Shown piece by piece: positions 9,760 to 18,600 of a stretch of 64,000 bases of DNA (the stretch's first letter is position 1; each line of letters begins with the position of its first letter). The stretch is from Candidatus Falkowbacteria bacterium. Its GTDB lineage: Bacteria > Patescibacteriota > Patescibacteriia > UBA11705 > JACRDX01. The stretch is taken from contig JAZDOE010000023.1 of the NCBI GenBank assembly GCA_043798985.1, positions 3,626 through 67,625 on the forward strand. The letters run 5' to 3'. The notes beneath the pieces were generated by a model. That model saw only the letters and a program-made list of their open reading frames with translations, was not told the origin of the DNA and did not search any database. The position numbers and the translations under genes are program-made.

Positions 9760-11293
9760 TCGTAGAGACGCAACATGCTGTGCATGTAGAGTAAGAATCG
9801 CGCCAAGCCCAACCGGCTTTGTTCATATTGGCACATTAAGAACCATTTTATATAATTGGTTATTTGCCAAACACTTGAACGGCAAATTTATCATAAGAAT
9901 TGAAGATACTGACCAGACAAGATTTGTGCCGGGCGCGCTGGAAAACCTTTTGCGCGTGATGCAGTGGGCAGATTTTGATTATGACGAAGGTCCATATCTA
10001 ACCGTTGATAACAAAATAAAAGAACGTGGCGATTTTGGCCCATATATTCAATCAAACCGTCTGGAAATTTATCAAAACTATATTCAAGATCTACTTGACA
10101 AAGGCAAAGCATACTATTGCTTTTGTAGCAAAGAACGTTTAGACGAAGTGCGCGAAGAGCAAGCAAAACAAAAACTGGCCCCAAAATACGATGGTCTTTG
10201 CAGAAAGCTCACAAGAAAACAAGCGGAAGAAAGAAAAAAACAAGGCGAAAAATATGTAATCCGTTTTAAAATGCCAGCAAACAAAAAAGTTGTTTGCGAA
10301 GATCTAATTCACGGACAAATTGTTGTGAACAGTAAAGATTTGGATGATTTTGTGTTGATAAAAGCTGACCGTTTTCCGACTTATCATTTTGCCAATATTG
10401 TTGATGATCATTTAATGAAGATTACGCATGTATTGCGTGGGGACGAGTGGATTGCCAGTTTTCCAAGACACATTTTGCTTTATGAAGCTTTTGGCTGGAA
10501 TCCGCCAGAATTTGCGCACTTACCAGTGATTTTAAATAAATCAAAGAAAAAACTAAGCAAAAGGCAAGATTCGGTTTCTGTGCAGGATTTTATTGACAAG
10601 GGCTATTTGCGCGACGCGTTAATTAATTTTATCACATTATTGGGCTGGAATTCTGGCAGTGAGCAAGAACTTTACACACGTTCCGAATTAATCAAACAAT
10701 TTTCATTGGATAATGTGCACAAAGCGCCTGCGGTTTTTGATCAGGACAAATTAGACTGGATAAATGGTGATTACATTAGAAAATTATCCGAAGACCAACT
10801 GCTGGAACTGTGCGCGCCATACTTGGAAAAAAGTGGCTTAATCAAAAAAGACAAAAATAATACTTGGTTAATCACCGAAACAATGGAAAAAGTCTCGGCC
10901 GAATATGTAAAACGCGCCATTGCGATAGAACAAGCGCGAATAAAAACATTGGCAGAAATAACAACAGCCGCGAATTTCTTTTTTCAGGAGCCTAAATACG
11001 ACCCAATGCTTTTAATCTGGAAAAACAACGCAAAAGAAACTATAAAAAACAACTTACAAAAATTTATAATCTTTTTAGACAAAATAAAAATCGCAGACTT
11101 CATGGAAAAAGAAATAGAAGAGCAAACTTTGCATTGGATTAGCAGCCAAGGGCTAAACAATGGGGAAGTGTTGTGGCCAATGCGAGCCGCGTTGTCAGGT
11201 AAAGATAAATCACCAGGGCCGTTCGCAATCGCAGGGATCCTCGGCAAGAAAAAAACAATCCAACGCCTGCAAAAAGCAGTTGAACTGTTATAA
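9740..11293 (+). CDS. gltX: glutamyl-tRNA synthetase
   Basis: HIGT (HIGH) and KLSKR (KMSKS) class I motifs; N-terminal 15 codons overlap a REP-like half site so exact start uncertain. Confidence 0.85.
   Translation: MQKQSNNRRDATCCACRVRIAPSPTGFVHIGTLRTILYNWLFAKHLNGKFIIRIEDTDQTRFVPGALENLLRVMQWADFDYDEGPYLTVDNKIKERGDFGPYIQSNRLEIYQNYIQDLLDKGKAYYCFCSKERLDEVREEQAKQKLAPKYDGLCRKLTRKQAEERKKQGEKYVIRFKMPANKKVVCEDLIHGQIVVNSKDLDDFVLIKADRFPTYHFANIVDDHLMKITHVLRGDEWIASFPRHILLYEAFGWNPPEFAHLPVILNKSKKKLSKRQDSVSVQDFIDKGYLRDALINFITLLGWNSGSEQELYTRSELIKQFSLDNVHKAPAVFDQDKLDWINGDYIRKLSEDQLLELCAPYLEKSGLIKKDKNNTWLITETMEKVSAEYVKRAIAIEQARIKTLAEITTAANFFFQEPKYDPMLLIWKNNAKETIKNNLQKFIIFLDKIKIADFMEKEIEEQTLHWISSQGLNNGEVLWPMRAALSGKDKSPGPFAIAGILGKKKTIQRLQKAVELL
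9764..9793. repeat. degenerate/half REP-like element (GTAGAGACG left arm only)
   Basis: gtagagacg followed by catgctgtgcatg mini-palindrome and tagag; preceded by AATAAT -10-like hexamer. Confidence 0.3.
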
Positions 11294-11303
11294 ATCAAAA
11301 AAA

Positions 11304-12554
11304 TTACGGTAAATAATCAAGCGGATTTACCGGAATTCCGCTGGATCGCACCTCAAAATGCAGGTGAGGACCAGTGGACAGCCAGCCTGCGCCCAAAGTA
11401 CCGGGCATTCCGCCAGACAAACCAATAATCTCTCCTTTGCTGACAAAATCATCTTCCTCAACAAAAATTTTGCTTACATGCCCATAAACGGTTGAAAGCC
11501 CGTTCGCGTGAATCAAAGCAATATAGCTGTAGCCCATACCAGCATCGCGCGCTTTTATCACATAGCCGTCAGCAGCTGCCTTAATCTGCGTTCCTTGGCT
11601 GGCGCGAATATCAACGGCCGGATGCTCAAAAATATTACGAAATGGATAAGTAGGGTCATGAAAATAGGCCGTTATTTTATTTTGCGTCACAGGCCAAATT
11701 AGATTGCTATCCTTTAACTCTGGCCGCGTTTTTTTCAAATTTTCCATTGCCAGCCGCGCCTCTTTTTCCAACTTATAAATTTCAACGTTTGCCTGATTTT
11801 GCTCTTGCTTGGCCGCCCAATATAAATCATTAAATTTTTGTTCTGACGCCTTTGTTTGTTTTAACAAATACGCCTTATAATTGATCTGCTCATTCAGATA
11901 CGCCTTGTTTTGCGCCAATTCCTCGTTCAACTTTATTAAATTTTGTTTTTTCGCGTCCAACCCGATTTTTTTGTCTTCCAAGTTTTGCTTGAGAATTTTT
12001 AATTGTTCCAATGTGCCGCGAATACTATTTTGCAAATTTTTCAAATACTCAACTTGTTGAAAAAATTCCGCGACAGAATTATATCCAAAAATTATATCAA
12101 CAAGCCCCTCCTGATCCTGCAAAAAAAACTCGCGAATCAAAATACTCAACGTGTCTTTTTTCTTCGCGATTTCATCTCCTTTCAAAACAATCTGGATCTC
12201 CGCATTGCGGATTTCAAGCTTTGTTTCTTGCAGTTCAACTCCGGTTGTTTCAATGTCTATTTTGTTTTTTGCAATCTGATTTTCCAAAATAGAAGTCTGG
12301 TTTTTTAATGTCACCAATTCCTTTTGCTTTTGCGCAATATTTTTTTTATACTGCTCGGCTTTCGCGCTTAAATCTTGAATGTACTGTTTTTTACTTTCAA
12401 TCTGTTTATTGATTTGATCCACTTCTTCTTGCGTTTGCGCGTTTGTAAAAAAAATCGGCAGCATCAGTATGCTGATCGCGCAAAATAGGGAAGTGCATTG
12501 TATTATTTTCTTCAACATCAATAAAATTATACCACACAATAGCGCGCGCGCCAA
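11304..12554 (-). CDS. M23-family peptidoglycan metalloendopeptidase with N-terminal coiled coil (EnvC/NlpD-like)
   Basis: C-terminal HPAVDI...GHVS...GPHLHFEV M23 motifs; long Q/K/E-rich heptad region; N-terminal TM. Confidence 0.75.
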   Translation of the reverse strand: MARALLCGIILLMLKKIIQCTSLFCAISILMLPIFFTNAQTQEEVDQINKQIESKKQYIQDLSAKAEQYKKNIAQKQKELVTLKNQTSILENQIAKNKIDIETTGVELQETKLEIRNAEIQIVLKGDEIAKKKDTLSILIREFFLQDQEGLVDIIFGYNSVAEFFQQVEYLKNLQNSIRGTLEQLKILKQNLEDKKIGLDAKKQNLIKLNEELAQNKAYLNEQINYKAYLLKQTKASEQKFNDLYWAAKQEQNQANVEIYKLEKEARLAMENLKKTRPELKDSNLIWPVTQNKITAYFHDPTYPFRNIFEHPAVDIRASQGTQIKAAADGYVIKARDAGMGYSYIALIHANGLSTVYGHVSKIFVEEDDFVSKGEIIGLSGGMPGTLGAGWLSTGPHLHFEVRSSGIPVNPLDYLP

Positions 12555-12558
12555 AACG

Positions 12559-12595
12559 AAAACCCCGCCTCGGCCAAATGGCCGGGCGGGGTTTT
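12559..12595. terminator. GC-rich hairpin plus T-run (intrinsic terminator) downstream of giant gene
   Basis: aaaaccccgcctcggccaaatggccgggcggggtttt; near-identical copy at 45809-45846. Confidence 0.6.
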
Positions 12596-12602
12596 CAGTC
12601 TA

Positions 12603-15600
12603 CTATTTAATGTCTAAATAACTCAACGCGCGCACAATTGCCCAATCTTTTGATGTCTTTGGCCATGCTTTATAAACGCTTCTGTATTTTGCCAATCCAA
12701 CTTTTTCCTTATTCAAATCTCTTTCTGTGATGCGCAAACGATAAGTCACCATATGCACAAACTTTTCTTCTGTCGCGTTTGTGAACTTAACAACTCGCTT
12801 AAAGATTTTCTTAAAATCTTTTGCGGCCTGCGTTTCTTTGCTGGCGACCTTTGCTGGTGTCGCATTTTGCGCGATCTTTGCCAAATTCTGCCAATCAGCG
12901 TCTGTCACTGGCAATTTGCCATAAATCTCTTTAAAGTCAGCCAATAATCCGCTGCGGTCTTTTATTGCCAATGCTTTTGTCGCGTCTGAACTGCCGTACG
13001 TCAAGAATGTCACCACTAGCCATTCAGAACTTTTCGCCGGCATTTTCCTCATTATCTTGCCGAATTCGGTAATTGACAAAATCTCTTTTGCCAAACTGCG
13101 GATTGAAGCAATTGGCAAAGTAGGCGCAGCATTGACAATTGTAATAACCGGCGCACCTGCTTTTTCAGTGATTGTAGTAGCTGGCGGCGTTATGGTCGTC
13201 ACTTTTATTGCTGGTTGCGCGAATTTTGCCACTGCTAACCAATCAGCGTCTGTCTTTGGCAATTTATTACTATTGGCTTTCTTAAATTTGACAACTAACG
13301 CGCTACGCTCTGCCATTGTCAGCGCCTTTGTCGCATCAGAACTGCCATACGTAAGAAATGTCACAACCAACCATTCAGCGCTACTTGCTGGCACTTTTTT
13401 CATTATCTTATTAAATTCAACAATAGACGCGGCTTCTTTTGCCAAATCTCGTATTGTTGCTGTTGGCAATGTTGGCGTCGCGTTAACAATCGTTTCCGCT
13501 ATCGGAGTTGTCACTACTGTTTTAGCGGCTTCGTCTGCTACTTTTTTCGTCGCTTCAACAGTCGTTAGTGTTATAAATGTTTTACCAACCCCTGCCCCAA
13601 CGTTTGACGCAGTATCCTTGCTCTTTACTTGATAATGATAAATAGTCGCTGGCAATAATCCTGTCAATTTTACAGAGTGAGAATAAGCATACGCGCCGGT
13701 TTTTTCTTCTTTACCATAACTGGACGTGCTTCCATACAACAACCATGACAATGATGACTCATTGGTTGTCCATGTGATTGTTGCTTCTGTGTCTTTTGCT
13801 GAAACAGCAATATTGCTTATAACTGGCGCGGTTGTATCCAACAAAGCTCCAGCGCCGCCACCTGGACTAGCCGGCGGAGCTGAAATCGTGATTGGAGGAC
13901 TTCCAATTCCAACGGTCGTAAAGTGAGTAATATAACCAGTGATTGTATTAGCGGCCGTGTCAATTACTTGATTGTCAAACGGAACAGGCGCGCCTAATGT
14001 TTCATCAAAATAAACCAATTTCAATGCGCTTTCTGTCGTCACACCAGCAGCTGTCATTTCCGCGTTAGTATAATGAAACACAACTTCCGCGCCATCACCG
14101 CCAAGTTGATTAATATCTCCATCTTCGCTGTCTTTGGCCGTAATATCAACAAGATTACCAACCATTGTGAATGAATCTGTTGTTGGCGCGTCAACCTCCT
14201 CTACAATAACGCTACCCGGATTTGAATCTCTGCCTAAAACAGCAGCTCCAAAATTCATTTCAACGCCAGTATTATCTGAATCATCCACTGTCCCGCCAAC
14301 AGACGGGGTCATTGTAATTGTATCTGCTTTTTTAATATCCGTGGCATCGGCTGTCAATGTCGCGTTCTTGCCTGCCTGATCTGCGCCAGCAACAACTATT
14401 GCTGAACTCATTGTTGTTGGTGCGTGCAGAGAAGCATCTGCTTTAACTGTCCAAGTTCCATCGCTTACTGGCAATGTATATGTTCCGTCTTTTTGTATTG
14501 CTGTTTTCACATATTTGCCATCGCTCGTTGAAGCAAAAACAATACCATTATCCGCTAAAGTTGTTCCATCACTTTTATAAATCGTTCCTGAAATTTCCGC
14601 TGTTTTTGCCTGCAAAGGATTATTCACAGCAACTCCTTCGCCCGTGAGATTAGCATCAAAGTCATAATCAAGATTAGCCGAAACTGTCACTTCTGCTTTA
14701 GCCGGCGTATCATAATCTTGCTGTTCAGCTTTAATCTTATACGTTCCAGCTTTTACGCTTAACGAATAATCTCCGTTACTGTCAGTTGTTGCTCGCTCTG
14801 TCAAACCTGTCGTAGTTTCTGTCACAATAATACCCGCGTTAGCGATCGCACTATTTAAAGCATCCAACACATTACCGCTCACCGTGTATAGCGTTTGTCC
14901 TGACAAATTAATCGTCACAGTTTGATTGCTTGACAAATCAACGTTAGAGGCTGGTGAAAAATCACCCAAACCATCCACAAAAACCAAAATCTTATACGTT
15001 CCAGACGGCAAACTCATTGTTTTATTAGCGCTCAAATCAACAATTGGCATGCCGCGGCGCGCTGTTCCTGTTGTACCTTTTGCTTCAACAAAACCGCGCA
15101 TAGAGCTTGTTCCGCCAGTAAATGCCAAGGTTAATGTTTTTACCTGTGTCGCGTCATAGCTAATATCTGAAGTGACGTTTTGAATTGTGACCGTGGCGCT
15201 TTGTCCGATTTCGCCATAATCTGGCGTCCAAATAGACACACGGTACGTTCCAGCGCCAACTTTAATTGAATACGCGCCGCTTGAATCTGTCATTTCATTT
15301 CTATGATAACCGCCAGACGGCCTGTCGTTTGTTGTGTCCCATGTTTCAACGCCAACCGGAATATTTGCTTGCGCGGTTCCGCCAAGCGTCACTGTGCCAG
15401 AAATTGTATAACAGGTAATTGATGCTGGCTGTATGTTCTGATTATCCTTGCTAGCATCTGTCACGAGCACTGTTTTAGTAATGACTCCGCAAGTATCAAT
15501 TCCAGAAGGCATATCAGCTGTAATTGTCCATGTTCCAGCGCCAACGCCTATAACGTAATTTCCATCTGTATCTGTGCTGGTATGCACCATCTGATAACTT

Positions 15601-18600
15601 GTGGCCTCTTTTGCCTGCACATGAGCATATTGCAACGCGCTTCCAGAACTATTGCTGATCTTACCAGAAATTGTATAATCTGGCCTGCCAATCCGCACAA
15701 TCAACGGCGCGGCAGTTGTCACCAAAGCGTTGTTAGCGCTGATATCAGCTGTACTATTATTATCTACTGTTCCCGCGTTATTATTTGCCACTGAAACAGT
15801 GCGCGAAGGAGCTTCTCCATAACCAGGCTTAAATACTCCTAAATCATAAACACCATTCATTGATATTTTTAAGACAAAGCTACCATCTGCTTTTGATTGA
15901 GTATGAGAGCCAGCTCCGCCAAAGCCCATTGGCTGATTTGCAAAAACTTCAGCGTTTGCCATTACATTATAAACCTTTGCGCCGGTTGAAAACCCTTGGC
16001 TGATTCCGGCCAGCAAAGTGACTGTTGTGCCGCTCATGCTTGATATTTTACCAGTGGCAGTATTTGTCCCATCATATAAAACAATGGTATCATTCGCCAA
16101 AAATCCACCTGCGCTTGTCAAGGATAGGGTAGTGGCATTTGCTGTATAATTAGCTGACAATGTTGTTTGCGCGCTTACCACGCGGCCAAGAATTTGTTTG
16201 TTGGCAGTATTAATAGTAAAACTCAATTCTGTAATCACGGCGCCAGTATCCATGCGTTTTATTACTGGCGTTCCACCAACTCCTGACACTTCAATATTTA
16301 CGCTCATCGGCGGCATCCAATCAGGCATTTGCGGTGGTCCCATTTTGGGACCCTTTGGCATAGCTGGATAAACACCTATCATATAACTACCATTGGCTGG
16401 CAAATAAAGCGTTGTGCTATTGTTAGTCACCGCGCCTGTTAATGTTTTGGTTTCTACGTTATATCCCGCTGGACCGCCAGCAGAAATATCAACATCTTCT
16501 CCGCTTGCGCTAAATGTTCCTGACACCTTAACATTCAAACTTGTTGAATTGCCAGCTCCATATTTTACAAATGTCAAAGCCTTAGTCAACGTGCTAGTTC
16601 CAGCGTTCCAATTTGCGCCAGATCCCGGTAAACACAATGGTTCAGGATTCATTTGCCCGCTATATTTGTTGTTCGCCCCCAATGTGATTGTTGGTTCAGT
16701 GAACAAATTGTAGCAACCATTTGGAAGATTAGACCAAGTCTGCGCGCCCGTTCCATTGGTAATTGTGACAGTAGCGTCCTGCGGGCCTGACATTGGCGAA
16801 CCCATCATTAAACTAAACGTACCATTACCCTCTGCGGCAGTAATATTCGCTGTAATGTTATTTGTACCAGCCGCAGCAGTGAAAAATGGCATTGATGTCT
16901 TAGATTCAACCAATGTCCCTGCCGCTTTATAAGACTTCATGTCAATGCTATATCCTTCTGTATTGAAATCTTTGGGAATCTTTGAATTAATTATTCCTTT
17001 AATTTCCAAGTGCAAGAAATCTGGGTCTCCGGTATTGCCAGCAACGCCGCCATCAAGAACGCTTAAATACAATGTGACAGTTTGGCCAGACACAGTGACA
17101 CCGTCATTTGCCGCGCCGCCCTTGGTCGCGGCGCTTGAGCCATCATCAGTCACCCCGCTTGTTTTTAACGCAACGGTGCTTGGACCCATCATGTTTAAAT
17201 CATTTTTATTAGGATTATATGGGTCAGGAATAACGCTTGAAATATCAAAACCTTGCGGAAAAGTAATTTTAATTGTCGCGCCATTATCTAAACGATTTGA
17301 AGTGCCGCCAGATGGAGCAATAGGGAAGTCAATAATGTATGTTGTCGTCGCGCCTGCCATTGAGTTCATCGGAAACACACCAGCTGCCATACCGCTTCCC
17401 TTGTCCATTGCCGTAAAACCGCCAAATCCAGTAGGTCCTGTCATCGTTGCTCCGCCAGCCATTGGCGCGCCCATCATGCCACCGCCGCCAGGACCGACAA
17501 ATCCTTGAGTTTTAGCGCTGCTCAAAACATTCCCGCTCGCTGTATCAACATCAGTATCCATCGGATTGCTTGATAGATCCTTAACATTGGCAACCACAAA
17601 GTTATATTTACCGCTTAGCGCAAGCCCTGAAATTTTAACGGTATTTACTTTATTATCCCAAGTAAAACTCGCGGCATTTGGAATTATATATGGAGTCGTA
17701 CCTTCCGCACCTTGCGTGATAGAATAATTTGCAGGATTTATCACGCTACTTGTCCAACGATTAGTATCAGTGGCGCTCGCCGCGTTCATTGCTTTATTAA
17801 AAGTAATCGCGCAGCTGTAATCATCGCAATTTGAAAATTCAACTCGCGGCTTATTAGTATCAACGGTGGTTGACATCGTAAATGTGCGCGTGGTGGTGAG
17901 GAAATCATTGCCAGCCAAATCATTGATGCCAGTTGCGCCGCCAATCAGTTGCACCGTGTAAGTAGCGCCTGCCATTAATCCAACTGTTGGATAAATGCGA
18001 ATGCTTTTTGCCATAGGATCAAATTCAACGGTGCTTGGAACATTGGTAGCGCCGGACATCAATTTGACCGTTGAACTATTAACAGTGGTGATGACCTCAT
18101 CCAAACCAATGTCTATAAAACCAATATTGCTGACATTTGTCGCGGCATTGTCTGGCCAGCTGCCAGTGATAGCTGGCGCAGAGCTGTCAGTACCAGTTCC
18201 TGTATCAAAATCTGAAACAAAGAATGCGGCGCTAGGATCATTCGGATTTCCAATTGTAATACCAGCGCTTGAACGCGCGGCATTCTTGACTTTTATACGA
18301 TAGTGAGTACTCGCGACTAAACCACCGGACACGACATCCATTGTCACTTGTTCTTTATCAGAGCTTAATGAAACACTGTCAATCAATGTTTGTGTCACAT
18401 TTGTCTCAACATTATTCGTCACGCTATATAATTCAAATGTTCCGCGATTAACAGAGCTGGAATCCATGCCCTCGCTAAAAGAAAGCACAATGTCGCTATT
18501 CTTTGAAATATTCCACGCGCCAGGCGCAGGGATAGCTCCAAGAATGTATGGCGGATTAATTGAGCCGCCAGTCCAGTTGCCAGTAGCTGTGTTATAGTTG

